From Pseudomonadota bacterium (lineage in GTDB: Bacteria; Pseudomonadota; Gammaproteobacteria; Burkholderiales; Methylophilaceae), in the NCBI GenBank assembly GCA_046047035.1, contig JBJOIS010000002.1, forward strand, positions 1,101 to 65,100: DNA of 64,000 nt, read 5' to 3'. The position numbers were made by a program, and so were the translations under genes. Positions 1 to 10,368 of the stretch are shown one piece after another (positions within the stretch are counted from its first letter, which is position 1; every line of letters starts with the position of its first letter). A model generated the notes under the pieces. That model saw nothing but the letters and a program-made list of their open reading frames with translations. It was not told the origin of the DNA and did not search any database.

Positions 1-335
1 CAACAGAAGCTAACAAAGCTGAATTTGCTGAGCGTCGTGCGATTCTTGAAAAACAACAAGCCGATTTATTGGCTGCAGCTGCTAAACGTGGCGAAAAACT
101 TGCTGGTTACTTGCTACAAGTGACACAAAAAGCTGGTGTTGATGGCCGTCTATTCGGTTCAGTTGGTAATGGCGATATCGCTGAAGCGTTGACTGCTGCT
201 GGTTTTGAAGTAGCTAAATCAGAAGTGCGTTTGCCAGTTGGCCCATTGAAGGCTGTTGGTGACCACGCTGTAAGTATTGCATTGCACCATGACGTAGTGG
301 TTGATATCACTGTTTCAGTATTGGGTGAGGCATAG
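1..335 (+). CDS. rplI: 50S ribosomal protein L9, C-terminal part (5' end outside window)
   Basis: The frame is open from the window edge. Translation [33 protein letters not shown]...VSVLGEA looks like the L9 linker helix plus C-domain. The gene sits directly upstream of dnaB, as in many proteobacteria, and is followed by a hairpin terminator. Confidence 0.85.
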   Translation, partial: TEANKAEFAERRAILEKQQADLLAAAAKRGEKLAGYLLQVTQKAGVDGRLFGSVGNGDIAEALTAAGFEVAKSEVRLPVGPLKAVGDHAVSIALHHDVVVDITVSVLGEA

Positions 336-363
336 GCAACAGGTTAAGCTAACTGCTTAATCT

Positions 364-390
364 AAAAAGGCTACTTCGGTAGCCTTTTTT
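364..390 (+). terminator. Rho-independent terminator after rplI
   Basis: AAAAAGGCTAC-TTCG-GTAGCCTTTTTT: a GC-containing stem with a 4-nt loop and a T-tract. Confidence 0.75.
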
Positions 391-452
391 ATTGCCCGTT
401 TTTTGTTTTTCTAGCCGTCTTAAGGATCCATGTTTCAGTTTATAATGTTGGC

Positions 453-1838
453 ATGGCTGAAGACTCTTTAGAATCATTAAAACTCCCTCCTAACTCGGTA
501 GAAGCAGAGCAATCCGTGCTCGGTGGCTTGCTACTTGAGAATGAGGCGCTTGATAGAATTGCAGATATTCTTAATCAATCTGATTTTTATCGTCACGACC
601 ATCGTTTAATTTACACTCACATCGCTAAGTTGATTGAACAAAACCGTCCAGCAGATATTGTGACAGTGGCGGAATCATTAGAAAACTCTGCAGAGCTTTC
701 AAGTGTGGGCGGTATTGCTTATCTTGGCGCCTTGGCGCAGAACACCCCAACCGCGGCGAACATTCGCCGTTATGCTGAAATCGTGCGTGAACGTTCGATT
801 ATGCGTAAGTTGGTTGAAGTGGGTTCGGGAATCGCGGAAAGCGCTTACAATCCACAAGGCCGGGATGCGCAGCAATTGTTAGATGAAGCCGAAGCTAAGA
901 TTTTCCAAATCGCCGAAAGCGGTAATCGCGGATCACAAGGCTTTGTGAATATTCAAACATTACTCCCGCAAGTGGCTGACCGTATTGATTACCTATATCA
1001 ACGAGAAAATCAAGGTAGCGTAACGGGTATTCCAACAGGCTTTGATGACCTAGATGAGCGTACATCAGGCTTCCAGCCAGGTGATTTGATTATTGTGGCA
1101 GGCCGTCCTTCTATGGGTAAAACAGCTTTCTCACTCAATATTGCTGAAAACGTTGCCTTAGACACGAAAAAAGCAGTCGCTGTATTCTCTATGGAAATGG
1201 GTGCAACCCAGCTTGCTACGCGTATGATTGGTTCAGTAGGGCGCTTGGATCAGCATCGTATGCGTAATGGTAATTTGGAGGATGAAGATTGGGCGCGTTT
1301 AACGACTGCGCTTGGCAAACTTAATGATGCTCCTATCTTTATTGATGAAGGCGCAGGCTTAAGTTCATTTGATGTCCGTGCTCGAGCGCGTCGTTTGCAT
1401 CGGCAAACAGGTGGGCTAGGCTTAATCGTCGTCGATTACTTGCAATTGATGTCAGGCACCTCAGGGCGAGCAAGTGAGAACCGCGCCACAGAGATTTCTG
1501 AAATCTCGCGTTCACTAAAGTCGCTTGCCAAAGAATTAGACGTGCCGGTAGTGGCTTTGTCACAGTTAAATCGAAGTGTGGAGCAACGTCCTGACAAGCG
1601 GCCTGTTATGTCTGATTTGCGTGAGTCTGGCGCGATTGAGCAAGATGCCGACTTAATCTTATTTATCTATCGTGATGAGGTGTATAACCCGGACTCTGAA
1701 GATAAAGGCACTGCGGAAATTATTATCGCTAAACAACGTAACGGCCCAATTGGCCGCGTTCGCTTGACGTTCTTGGGTCAACATACTCGCTTTGAGAACT
1801 TCTCATCTGGTAACGCACATATGGGTGACGATTACTAA
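453..1838 (+). CDS. dnaB: Replicative DNA helicase DnaB
   Basis: 461 aa. N-terminal [16 protein letters not shown], Walker [22 protein letters not shown] and [11 protein letters not shown] motifs are typical of DnaB. Confidence 0.97.
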   Translation: MAEDSLESLKLPPNSVEAEQSVLGGLLLENEALDRIADILNQSDFYRHDHRLIYTHIAKLIEQNRPADIVTVAESLENSAELSSVGGIAYLGALAQNTPTAANIRRYAEIVRERSIMRKLVEVGSGIAESAYNPQGRDAQQLLDEAEAKIFQIAESGNRGSQGFVNIQTLLPQVADRIDYLYQRENQGSVTGIPTGFDDLDERTSGFQPGDLIIVAGRPSMGKTAFSLNIAENVALDTKKAVAVFSMEMGATQLATRMIGSVGRLDQHRMRNGNLEDEDWARLTTALGKLNDAPIFIDEGAGLSSFDVRARARRLHRQTGGLGLIVVDYLQLMSGTSGRASENRATEISEISRSLKSLAKELDVPVVALSQLNRSVEQRPDKRPVMSDLRESGAIEQDADLILFIYRDEVYNPDSEDKGTAEIIIAKQRNGPIGRVRLTFLGQHTRFENFSSGNAHMGDDY

Positions 1839-1846
1839 TCTCTGCT

Positions 1847-2914
1847 ATGCGTCCGATACAAGCTACCATTAGCCTTAGTGCTTTAGAACACAACTTAGCA
1901 GTCGCTAAATCAAAAGCGCCAAACTCTAAAGTGATGGCAGTAGTAAAAGCTAATGGCTATGGACATGGCTTGCTCAATGCAGCTAAAGGCTTAAGGGCTG
2001 CTGATGGCTTTGCTATTCTTGGCTTAGACGAAGCCTTAACTTTAAGAACGGCAGGCTACAAGCAAACCATTTTGATGCTTGAAGGTTTTTTCTCTGCGGA
2101 TGAGCTACCAGCCATTGCTGAACAATCCATTAGTATCGTTGTGCATTCCCATAAGCAAGTGGAAATGCTCGAAAATGCAAACCTCACTGCACCCATTTCT
2201 ATCCATCTTAAAATGAATACAGGCATGAACCGCCTTGGTTTTAAGCCACAAGATTTTGAGCTTGTATTAGCAAGACTTCAAGCCTGTCAAAACGTTGCCG
2301 ACATTACTTTGATGGAACATTTTGCGACCGCAGATGAATCGCTGGGAATCGCAAAGCCATTGGCAGTCTTTAAGCAGGCAACGCAAGTACATCAAAACCC
2401 GCAATCGCTAGCTAATTCAGCGGCTTTATTACGCTTCCCTGAAGCGCATGCTGATTGGGTGCGTGCAGGGATTATGCTTTATGGCACATCTCCTATCGCT
2501 GAGGATTCGGCTGCTAAATTTAATTTAAAACCAGTGATGCAATTTACTAGCGATATTATCTCTGTGCAGACGCTAGAGGCCGGTGAAAGCTTGGGTTACG
2601 GTCATCGCTTCACAGCATCTCAAAAAACGCGGATAGGGGTTGTTGCATGCGGCTATGCGGATGGATATCCACGTCATGCACCTAACGGTACACCAATCGC
2701 CGTTGCTGGAAAGATGACGCAAACTTTAGGTCGTGTTTCTATGGATATGCTATTTGTGGATATTACCGCTATTCCAGAAGCTGAAATTGGTGCTTATGTT
2801 GAAATGTGGGGCAATCAAGTTTCTGTGGATGATGTAGCCCATTCTGCCGAGACAATTAGTTATGAGTTGCTTTGTGCTGTTGCGCCACGTGTGCCGCTTA
2901 AGGTGGTTGCATAA
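1847..2914 (+). CDS. alr: Alanine racemase
   Basis: 355 aa. PLP-lysine motif [10 protein letters not shown]; GYADGYPR and YELLC motifs; dnaB-alr synteny. Confidence 0.93.
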   Translation: MRPIQATISLSALEHNLAVAKSKAPNSKVMAVVKANGYGHGLLNAAKGLRAADGFAILGLDEALTLRTAGYKQTILMLEGFFSADELPAIAEQSISIVVHSHKQVEMLENANLTAPISIHLKMNTGMNRLGFKPQDFELVLARLQACQNVADITLMEHFATADESLGIAKPLAVFKQATQVHQNPQSLANSAALLRFPEAHADWVRAGIMLYGTSPIAEDSAAKFNLKPVMQFTSDIISVQTLEAGESLGYGHRFTASQKTRIGVVACGYADGYPRHAPNGTPIAVAGKMTQTLGRVSMDMLFVDITAIPEAEIGAYVEMWGNQVSVDDVAHSAETISYELLCAVAPRVPLKVVA

Positions 2915-4272
2915 TGGCTAAAGCAAAAACCGTTTATAGCTGTACCGAGTGTGGCGGTCAGTCCTCCAAGTGGCAAGGTCAATGTCCAAGTTGTATGGCT
3001 TGGAATACGCTAGTTGAATCCATCGCTGAAACTTCAAGCGCAAGCCGTTTCGCACCTTTAGCCGCGGCAAGTACTATTCAAAAGCTACAAGAAGTTGAAG
3101 CGGCTGAAACCCCGCGCCAAGCCACAGGCATTGCTGAGTTTGACCGTGTATTAGGCGGAGGCTTAGTGCCGGGTGGTGTAGTGCTTATTGGTGGTGACCC
3201 GGGCATCGGTAAATCAACCTTGTTGCTTCAAACGCTTTGTCATTTAGGCAATAAAAGTAAAACGCTTTATATCAGTGGTGAAGAGTCGGCTCAGCAAATC
3301 GCCATGCGTGCGAAGCGTTTGGGTTTGGATGCTTCGCCCTTAGATTTACTCGCTGAAATTAATCTAGAAAAAATTGTTGCGACACTGCAAGCTCATAAGC
3401 CTGATGTTGCTGTGATTGATTCGATTCAAACCGTTTATTCAGAAGCCTTGCAGTCGGCCCCGGGCTCGGTAGCGCAAGTGCGTGAATGTTCGGCGCAATT
3501 GACGCGTGCTGCTAAGCAGCTTGGCATTAGCGTGATATTAGTTGGGCATGTCACCAAAGAAGGTTCCTTGGCTGGTCCGCGTGTGCTTGAGCATATTGTG
3601 GATACCGTACTTTATTTTGAGGGCGACCCTAACTCTAGCTTCCGTTTGATTCGTGCGTTCAAAAACCGTTTTGGTGCCGTGAATGAGCTTGGCGTGTTTG
3701 CGATGACCGAAAAAGGTTTGCGTGAAGTCAGTAATCCATCGGCGCTGTTCTTGTCGCATCACGCCGAAGAAGTCGCTGGCTCTTGCATTACGGTGACGCA
3801 AGAGGGTACAAGGCCTTTGTTAGTTGAAGTGCAAGCTTTAGTCGATGAAGCCCATGCACCGAATCCTAAACGCTTGTGCGTTGGCTTAGAACAAAATCGC
3901 TTGGCAATGTTATTGGCGGTTTTGCATAGGCATGCAGGCGTCGCTTGTTTTGACCAAGACGTGTTTGTGAATGCCGTGGGTGGCGTTAAAATCAGCGAGC
4001 CAGCGGTGGATTTGGCTGTGCTTTTATCTATCGTTTCTTCATTAAAAAACAAAGCACTAAACAATAAACTGATTGTTTTTGGTGAGGTTGGCTTGGCTGG
4101 AGAGGTGCGCCCTGTGCAACGTGGTCAAGAGAGATTGAAAGAAGCCGCTAAGCTAGGATTTACCCATGCGATTGTGCCGAAAGCCAATGCGCCAAAACAG
4201 CCGATTAAAGGCATGCAGGTCTTTGGTGTGGATCGTTTAGAGCAAGCGCTAAATAAGGTGCGCGAGCTTTAA
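2914..4272 (+). CDS. radA: DNA repair protein RadA
   Basis: 452 aa. N-terminal zinc ribbon CTECG...CPSC, Walker A GDPGIGKST, KNRFG motif and a Lon-protease-like C-terminal domain. The ATG overlaps the alr stop (TAATG). Confidence 0.96.
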   Translation: MAKAKTVYSCTECGGQSSKWQGQCPSCMAWNTLVESIAETSSASRFAPLAAASTIQKLQEVEAAETPRQATGIAEFDRVLGGGLVPGGVVLIGGDPGIGKSTLLLQTLCHLGNKSKTLYISGEESAQQIAMRAKRLGLDASPLDLLAEINLEKIVATLQAHKPDVAVIDSIQTVYSEALQSAPGSVAQVRECSAQLTRAAKQLGISVILVGHVTKEGSLAGPRVLEHIVDTVLYFEGDPNSSFRLIRAFKNRFGAVNELGVFAMTEKGLREVSNPSALFLSHHAEEVAGSCITVTQEGTRPLLVEVQALVDEAHAPNPKRLCVGLEQNRLAMLLAVLHRHAGVACFDQDVFVNAVGGVKISEPAVDLAVLLSIVSSLKNKALNNKLIVFGEVGLAGEVRPVQRGQERLKEAAKLGFTHAIVPKANAPKQPIKGMQVFGVDRLEQALNKVREL

Positions 4273-4273
4273 A

Positions 4274-4966
4274 TTAAAATAGCATGTCTGGCGTGTATCT
4301 CAAGCCAAAAGAAATCCATTTCAATTCTGAATCTCCATTGATTTGCTGACCGTAGGTACTGTCTATCTGAAAAAGGTTGGGAATCACAGAATAGCGAAAT
4401 CCGACTTGTAGATATGGGTTGCTTCTATTGTCGCCATAAACCTCAGCAATGCCTAGTAAATTGGGCTTTACCTTAATCTCGCTGCCTAAGCCCCAAGTGA
4501 TATTGTTTTTCTTACTTTCCTTATCGTGAAGTAAGCCGATGTTTGTATGCAGAATAACTTGGTCATCCATAAGCGACAACGAGGCTGGAATATATCCATA
4601 GGTATTTCCGTATTGGTTGGGGCCAGCGCTGAGGTCCTCATGGCTTATTTTGCCAAGTGCTAGGCCTATGCCCCAGTCGTTGGTTTTTAGCGCTCTGAAC
4701 AGTGTTTTTGCTTGAATGGCTGAATCTAGAGTAGCATTTTGACCGTCTACTTTAGCGAAAGAACCTCCAAGCGTTAGTTCGAAGTTCCCCCAAGGATTGC
4801 AGGCAGGTAAAGCCCATAACTCGTGGCTATGTTGATATACACGTGTCCATGCTTCTATCTGACAACTTCCAGCATTTGTAAGTCGCGCATCATCGGTAAC
4901 AAAAGGCCTAGCCGCAAAAGCTTGATGTGAGATGAATAGCAATAGGAAAAGTAGAACTTTTTTCAT
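4274..4966 (-). CDS. Putative outer-membrane beta-barrel protein (family not assigned)
   Basis: Signal peptide MKKVLLFLLLFISHQAFA, alternating beta-strand-like sequence rich in G/Y/N, and a C-terminal aromatic residue (…TPDMLF). The start was moved to the ATG at 4966; the tracked ORF extends to 4996. Confidence 0.6.
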   Translation of the reverse strand: MKKVLLFLLLFISHQAFAARPFVTDDARLTNAGSCQIEAWTRVYQHSHELWALPACNPWGNFELTLGGSFAKVDGQNATLDSAIQAKTLFRALKTNDWGIGLALGKISHEDLSAGPNQYGNTYGYIPASLSLMDDQVILHTNIGLLHDKESKKNNITWGLGSEIKVKPNLLGIAEVYGDNRSNPYLQVGFRYSVIPNLFQIDSTYGQQINGDSELKWISFGLRYTPDMLF

Positions 4967-5007
4967 GGTGCGCATGATATATCTAAAACATGACAAACGT
5001 ATGACGT

Positions 5008-5745
5008 TTATAGCTGTTGAATCGTGCTTGTAACGCCGACGCTGTCATCGCCCATGAGGTACAAATAAAGCGACATAGCACTTTCCATTGTTGGAAGGCT
5101 GGCTTGAACCTCACCTGGGTGCGTTTTTTTGCGCTGAGGGCTTTGTAATGCGCCTGGCACAATGCTATTAAAGCGGATGTTGGGACGGTTTTCTAATTCT
5201 TGCGCCCACATTTGCATCATAAAGTCTGTTGCCGCTTTGCTGATGCCGTGGCTACCCCAATAAGCCTTTGGTGATTGCGCTGAGCTGTTGGAGGTGAAAA
5301 TCACGGAAGCGTGAGTTGCACGCGCTAACAGCGGCAAGCATGCTTTTGTGAGCGCGAATGGTGCAATCACATTCACACGAAACATTTCTTCAAACTGTTC
5401 TGCTGTCTGAATTTCTAGCGGACTCAGATTGTTAAAGTCTGTTGCATTATGCAAGATGCCATCCAATCGACCTAACTGCTTGTAGATGCCTTCTGCCATT
5501 GCTTTGAAGTCATCCTCAGTGGCTTTGTTTAAGTCCATTGGGAAAATCAGCGCCTCTGGTAAGCCTTGGGCTTGAATTGCATCGTAGGTGGCTTCTAATT
5601 TAGCCTGAGTCCGTCCAACTAAGATCACTGTGGCACCTTGTTTGGCGAACGCAATGGCAGCAGTTTGACCAATGCCTTGGCCTGCGCCTGTGACAATAAT
5701 CACGCGATCTTTAAGGTGTTGTCTTGGGGCTTGGTAGTTTTTCAT
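5008..5745 (-). CDS. Short-chain dehydrogenase/reductase (YciK-like)
   Basis: 245 aa. TGAGQGIG Rossmann motif, and the catalytic Y-x3-K context (YWGSHGISKAA) typical of classical SDRs. Confidence 0.85.
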   Translation of the reverse strand: MKNYQAPRQHLKDRVIIVTGAGQGIGQTAAIAFAKQGATVILVGRTQAKLEATYDAIQAQGLPEALIFPMDLNKATEDDFKAMAEGIYKQLGRLDGILHNATDFNNLSPLEIQTAEQFEEMFRVNVIAPFALTKACLPLLARATHASVIFTSNSSAQSPKAYWGSHGISKAATDFMMQMWAQELENRPNIRFNSIVPGALQSPQRKKTHPGEVQASLPTMESAMSLYLYLMGDDSVGVTSTIQQL

Positions 5746-5788
5746 GATGCAAGTTCAATAGCTGATATCAAAATTGGGTGAGATTGTC

Positions 5789-7078
5789 TCACGATTGCAG
5801 GATTAATTGGGCGGCGGATAGCCCGCTTCTAATGGCGCCTTCTATGGTGGCAGGATAATCGCCTTTGGTATAGTCGCCAGCAAGGTAGAGATTTTTAATT
5901 TTTGTTTGTTGGGTAGGGCGTTTTAAGCCCGCCGTACAAGCAAAGGTTGCACGTTTTTCGGCGATGACTTTATGCCATTCAGGTGCTGGTAAGTAAGGAA
6001 AAGCGACTTTAAGTTCTGCTGTAATTGTTTCGCCAAGCGCTTGCTGGCTGAGCTTTTGATGCGCACCTTCCGCGCTAATAATTACCGCAACCAAACCATA
6101 TTGCCCACAAAGCTGACCTCTATCAAATGCCCATTGGGCAATGCCTTGGGTAAAGCCTGTCATGATGTTTGGCAACTTTATGTGGCTTGGATATTGAATG
6201 TAAACGGTATAAATCGGCTGATAGTTTAATGCTGCGCTATCTGAGGCGATATCAAGCTTAGGGGAAATTGCTTGCAAGTGATGCGGTGAACAGGCAAGTA
6301 ATACATGGCTAAACTCAAGAACCTGCTTGCTAGTAATCTTTAGGCTAAAGCCATGTGCTGTTTGCTCCACATTAGAAACGGAAGTGTTGAGCGCTATCTT
6401 TCCGCCGTGTTTTTTAATGTGTGCAGCTATTGGCTCAGAAAGAAGTGTTGATAAATCTACTTTAGGCAAAAGCAGGTCGCTATCGGTTTTGCTTTGGTTA
6501 AAGCTATCTCGAAGCACGTTCAAGTAAGTTTGCGCGCTGGCTGTTGTGATTGGTGTATTAAGCGCAGCCAAGCAGAGTGGCTCCCAAAGCCATTTAATCA
6601 ATCTTTCTGGCTGATGCTTGCGGCTTAATAATGATAATAAAGGCTCATCTTTTGTAAGCTTGAAGCGTGTTGCTTTAAGCCAAATAAAAAAACGAATGGC
6701 GGCAAAGCGTTCATGCCAACTTAGGCCTTTTGCAGAAAGTAAGCCAAACAATAAATGGAGTGGGGCGGGGAGGTTTTTGGTTTTTAAAGTAAATGCGCTG
6801 TGCATATTAAGTGCAAGCGGCAATCTCAATAAAACATGGTTTTCATTAACGCCAATCGAGGCCATCAGCCCAAGCGTTTGCTGATATGCACCTAGAAGAA
6901 TGTGCTGGCCATTATCAAGGCGTTTTCCTTTCCAAACAATAGCACGGGCACGTCCGCCTAACTGTTGTGCAGCTTCAAATAGTGTGACATCAATGCCAGC
7001 CTTAGTCAGCTTGCTGGCAGCGCTCAACCCAGCTAAGCCGCCGCCAACAATGGCAACTTTTTTTAGTGGAACATCCAT
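5789..7078 (-). CDS. hpnE: Hydroxysqualene dehydroxylase HpnE (FAD-dependent amine-oxidase family)
   Basis: N-terminal dinucleotide fold VAIVGGGLAGLSAA and phytoene-desaturase-like length. It lies immediately downstream of, and overlaps, hpnD. ATG at 7078 is preferred over the tracked TTG at 7087. Confidence 0.85.
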   Translation of the reverse strand: MDVPLKKVAIVGGGLAGLSAASKLTKAGIDVTLFEAAQQLGGRARAIVWKGKRLDNGQHILLGAYQQTLGLMASIGVNENHVLLRLPLALNMHSAFTLKTKNLPAPLHLLFGLLSAKGLSWHERFAAIRFFIWLKATRFKLTKDEPLLSLLSRKHQPERLIKWLWEPLCLAALNTPITTASAQTYLNVLRDSFNQSKTDSDLLLPKVDLSTLLSEPIAAHIKKHGGKIALNTSVSNVEQTAHGFSLKITSKQVLEFSHVLLACSPHHLQAISPKLDIASDSAALNYQPIYTVYIQYPSHIKLPNIMTGFTQGIAQWAFDRGQLCGQYGLVAVIISAEGAHQKLSQQALGETITAELKVAFPYLPAPEWHKVIAEKRATFACTAGLKRPTQQTKIKNLYLAGDYTKGDYPATIEGAIRSGLSAAQLILQS

Positions 7079-7899
7079 GTTGACCAAGCTAAATAAAGCT
7101 TCCTGAGCGGGGTGAGGGATATGCGTGAATTAAGTACTTGTTGAGAACCGCTGGCTTTTATTTCGCGAAGTAGAGTGCGGTAAATAGCCGTCATGATTAG
7201 GCCTGTGCGTTGTTGCTTTTTGTCTTCTGGCGGCAGTGCCTTTAAAGCGCGATCGTAAAAGCTTTCCGCACGCTCAATTTGAAAGTCTAAAAGCTTCTGT
7301 AGTTTTTCGGATAAATGCATATGCAGAATATCAGATTCTTTGACACCGAATTTTTTGAGTTCGTCTTGAGGCAAGTAAATACGATTGCGGCGGGCGTCTT
7401 CACCGACGTCACGAATGATATTGGTGAGTTGAAACGCCATGCCTAAGTCGTGCGCATATTTAAGGGTTTTGCGATTGCTAAACCCAAAAATTTGCGCTGA
7501 CAACAACCCCACCACGCTCGCCACGCGGTAGCAATAGAGCTGAAGTTGCTTAAAGTCGGCGTAACGATTTTGGTCTAAGTCCATTTCCATACCATCAATA
7601 ATCTCAATGAAATGTTCTTGGTCTAAATGGAAGGTGTGGATGATATCAGCTAAAGCCTTGGTGACAGGATGTTGCGGCTTGCCATCATATAAGCCATGAA
7701 TCTCGGTGCGCCACCAAGCAAGCTTAATTCTGGCAACGGAAGCCTCTTTGCATTCGTCGACGACATCATCCACTTCACGGCAAAAGGCGTAAAGCGCGGT
7801 AATCGCTTCGCGCTTCGCTTTTGGTAAAAACAAGAAGCTGTAATAAAAACTAGAGCCGCTTTTGGCGGCTTTGTCCTGGCAGTATTCTTTTGGTGTCAT
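7063..7899 (-). CDS. hpnD: Presqualene diphosphate synthase HpnD (squalene/phytoene synthase family)
   Basis: 278 aa. SFYYSF, FCREVDDVVD and NIIRDVGED aspartate-rich motifs of the SQS/PSY family; position is between hpnC and hpnE. Confidence 0.88.
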   Translation of the reverse strand: MTPKEYCQDKAAKSGSSFYYSFLFLPKAKREAITALYAFCREVDDVVDECKEASVARIKLAWWRTEIHGLYDGKPQHPVTKALADIIHTFHLDQEHFIEIIDGMEMDLDQNRYADFKQLQLYCYRVASVVGLLSAQIFGFSNRKTLKYAHDLGMAFQLTNIIRDVGEDARRNRIYLPQDELKKFGVKESDILHMHLSEKLQKLLDFQIERAESFYDRALKALPPEDKKQQRTGLIMTAIYRTLLREIKASGSQQVLNSRISLTPLRKLYLAWSTWMFH

Positions 7900-7921
7900 T
7901 TGGCTATCTCAAGTCAGTCTT

Positions 7922-8791
7922 TTATTTCTTACTAAAAGCGCGATAGGCAATATATAGCCAATCTTTTTTGCCTAATTGTGGTCTAAATTCAAACACATTG
8001 CCATGCGCTTGGTGTAGTTTTTTTAAGATACGCTCACCGCCAGCAATAATCATGCGCATCTCAAAGCCTATACGGCCAGGCAAAGCCAAACCAAGCGGGG
8101 CACCTGATTGTAATAACTTGCGCGCACGATTGATCTGAAATTCCATCATCAATCCCCATGTGCCGCTTGCATCGCCGCGTAAGATTTGCGCCTCGGTGAT
8201 TTTATATTTTTCTAAATCAGCTTGAGGCAGATAAATACGATCTTTTTGAATGTCGATGGCAATGTCTTGCAGAAAGTTAATCAGCTGCAAAGCACTACAA
8301 ATGGCATCTGCCATGCCGATGTTCTGTGGTGTGTCTGCTTGATACAAACTCAACATCACTCTGCCAACAGGATTGGCGGAGCGTCTGCAATAATTCATCA
8401 CCTCCCCAAAGTCTTGATAGCGGGTTTTGATGACATCTTGGCTAAAAGCATCAAGTAGATCGTAAAAAGGCTGGATAGGGAGCTGATGTTTATTGATTGC
8501 CGCTTGTAAGGCGATAAATAGCTCGTTGTTTGGTTGGGTATTCTGCTGAATGCGGTCCAGTTCTTGTTTAAAGTCATCTAACAAGGCGAGCCTTTGCTCT
8601 GGCAACAAATCGCCTTCATCAGCAAAGTCATCTGCTTGGCGTGCAAAGGCGTAAATTAATGCAACGGGTTCACGCAGTCTTTTGGGGAGCAGAATTGAAG
8701 CGACAGGGAAGTTTTCGTAATGCGTTCGAGCAAGCTTGATGCTTGCTTGGATAGAGGCTTGTGTATTCATGGTTGGCTTGAAGTATGCCAC
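7922..8791 (-). CDS. hpnC: Hydroxysqualene synthase HpnC (squalene/phytoene synthase family)
   Basis: 289 aa. ENFPVAS, FARQADDFADE and NFLQDIAIDIQKDRIYLP motifs. The start is uncertain (GTG 8791 or ATG 8770). Confidence 0.85.
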   Translation of the reverse strand: MAYFKPTMNTQASIQASIKLARTHYENFPVASILLPKRLREPVALIYAFARQADDFADEGDLLPEQRLALLDDFKQELDRIQQNTQPNNELFIALQAAINKHQLPIQPFYDLLDAFSQDVIKTRYQDFGEVMNYCRRSANPVGRVMLSLYQADTPQNIGMADAICSALQLINFLQDIAIDIQKDRIYLPQADLEKYKITEAQILRGDASGTWGLMMEFQINRARKLLQSGAPLGLALPGRIGFEMRMIIAGGERILKKLHQAHGNVFEFRPQLGKKDWLYIAYRAFSKK

Positions 8792-8874
8792 AAAAAGAGG
8801 GGCTATAAAATTGATAAATGACCGCAGTGTTTGCGCTACAATTAAAGCTATTCTTTTAATAAGTCAGGTTACCT

Positions 8875-9633
8875 ATGTTAGGAATTATTGGCGGCACAGG
8901 GTTGGCAGTATTGGCTGACTTGCAAGTAGGCCGTCGTCAGATTGTCCGTACCCCTTATGGTGAACCTTCGGGGCCTTTAACCTTTGGTGAAATTGCGGGT
9001 AAGCCTGTGGTGTTTTTACCAAGACATGGTAATGGTCATACTATAGCGCCGCATATGATTAATTACCGCGCCAATCTCTGGGCTTTGCATGCGCAAGGCG
9101 TTCAAGACATTGTCGCAATTGCAACTGTAGGCGGTATTGCGCCCGAGCTTGGCCCTGGCACGATTGCTGTCCCTAATCAGTTGATTGATTACACGCACAG
9201 CAGAAAGAGCACCTACTTTGATGGCTTGAGTGAAAATGGCTTTAAGCAAGTGAAACATATCGACTTTACTGTGCCTTACGACCAATCTTTGCGCGCTTTA
9301 TGTTTAAAAGCGGCTGGCTTGGTAGGTGAGAAATTAATTGATGGTGGGGTCTATGCTGCGGCGCAAGGCCCAAGGTTGGAAACGGCCGCTGAAATTAATC
9401 GTTTTGACCGTGATGGTGCTACGATGGTGGGCATGACGGGTATGCCAGAGGCAGCTTTGGCGCGTGAGCTAGAGATGCGTTATGCGGCGATTTGTCCTGT
9501 GGCGAATCATGCTGCTGGGCGTGGCGACAGTTTGCATGAAATTAAATACGAAGAGATGAGCGATATTCTTCATGTGACGATGGGGCGTGTGCGTGGCATT
9601 ATTCAGCAGGTGGTGACTTTGTATGGCAATTAA
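8875..9633 (+). CDS. mtnP: MTAP-family purine nucleoside phosphorylase (5'-methylthioadenosine or 5'-methylthioinosine phosphorylase)
   Basis: 252 aa. N-terminal [14 protein letters not shown], and the [15 protein letters not shown] motif typical of the MTAP family. Substrate (MTA vs MTI) cannot be decided by eye. Confidence 0.85.
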   Translation: MLGIIGGTGLAVLADLQVGRRQIVRTPYGEPSGPLTFGEIAGKPVVFLPRHGNGHTIAPHMINYRANLWALHAQGVQDIVAIATVGGIAPELGPGTIAVPNQLIDYTHSRKSTYFDGLSENGFKQVKHIDFTVPYDQSLRALCLKAAGLVGEKLIDGGVYAAAQGPRLETAAEINRFDRDGATMVGMTGMPEAALARELEMRYAAICPVANHAAGRGDSLHEIKYEEMSDILHVTMGRVRGIIQQVVTLYGN

Positions 9634-10156
9634 GCCTGTCTTGCGTATGGGCGAGCCTTTGTTATTTGCAAAGGCTGTTCCTGTTGCTAGGTTTGATACC
9701 CCTGAGTTGCATGCTTTAATTCAAGATATGCACGACACCATGGCGCAGATGAATGGCGCGGGTATTGCTGCGCCACAAATTGGCGTGAGCTTGCGTGTGG
9801 TGATATTTGGCGTGGGGAGCAATCCGCGCTACCCAGATGCCGAGCAAGTGCCTTATACCATCCTCATTAACCCCGTGCTTAGCCCGGTGGGGAATGCCAT
9901 GGACGATGGTTGGGAAGGGTGCTTGTCTGTGCCGGGTATGCGCGGTGTGGTGCCACGTTATACGCGATTACATTACACGGGCTTTGATCAGTTTGGACAG
10001 CCTATTGATAGACTCGTTAGTGGCTTCCATGCGCGTGTTGTTCAGCATGAATGTGACCATTTAGACGGCATTTTATACCCAATGAGAATTCAAGATCTTA
10101 CGAATTTTGGTTACACGGACGTACTTTTTCCTGATTCAGATATAGCGGACGACTAA
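9623..10156 (+). CDS. def: Peptide deformylase
   Basis: 177 aa with the three PDF motifs [16 protein letters not shown] and QHECDHLDG. It overlaps the mtnP end by 11 nt, and no fmt gene is adjacent. Confidence 0.93.
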   Translation: MAIKPVLRMGEPLLFAKAVPVARFDTPELHALIQDMHDTMAQMNGAGIAAPQIGVSLRVVIFGVGSNPRYPDAEQVPYTILINPVLSPVGNAMDDGWEGCLSVPGMRGVVPRYTRLHYTGFDQFGQPIDRLVSGFHARVVQHECDHLDGILYPMRIQDLTNFGYTDVLFPDSDIADD

Positions 10157-10208
10157 AAACTGGTGTTATAATGCGCGCCTTGGTTGCATCTTAGCGACTG
10201 ATAAAGAC

Positions 10209-10298
10209 GGAAGAGTGGCAGAGCGGTTTAATGCTACAGTCTTGAAAACTGTCGTGGGTTCACGCCCACCGTGAGTTCGAATCTCACCTCTTCCGCCA
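10209..10298 (+). tRNA. tRNA-Ser (anticodon UGA)
   Basis: Hand fold: acceptor GGAAGAG/CTCTTCC, anticodon stem ACAGT/ACTGT with loop CTTGAAA, long variable arm, T arm GTGAG-TTCGAAT-CTCAC, encoded CCA. Confidence 0.93.
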
Positions 10299-10307
10299 AG
10301 AATTCTT

Positions 10308-10343
10308 AAAGCTGCAAATATAATGTTTGCGGCTTTATTTTTG
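10308..10343 (+). terminator. Hairpin terminator after tRNA-Ser
   Basis: AAAGCTGCAAA-tataatg-TTTGCGGCTTT (one G-U pair) followed by ATTTTTG. Confidence 0.6.
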
Positions 10344-10368
10344 TAACGTTTTATATTTAGGATCACAA

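Noticed and set aside
436-455. A TATAAT at 441-446, only 6 nt upstream of the dnaB ATG, with no SD, suggesting a leaderless dnaB mRNA.
   Set aside because: No convincing -35 or extended -10 element accompanies it, and the rplI terminator may be leaky, giving read-through. This is too speculative without TSS data.
10166-10366. A 66-aa minus-strand ORF, and also the ORFs at 13686-13871, 13742-14026 and 14424-14749.
   Set aside because: They run through tRNA or SRP RNA-flanking sequence and are explained by the RNA genes.
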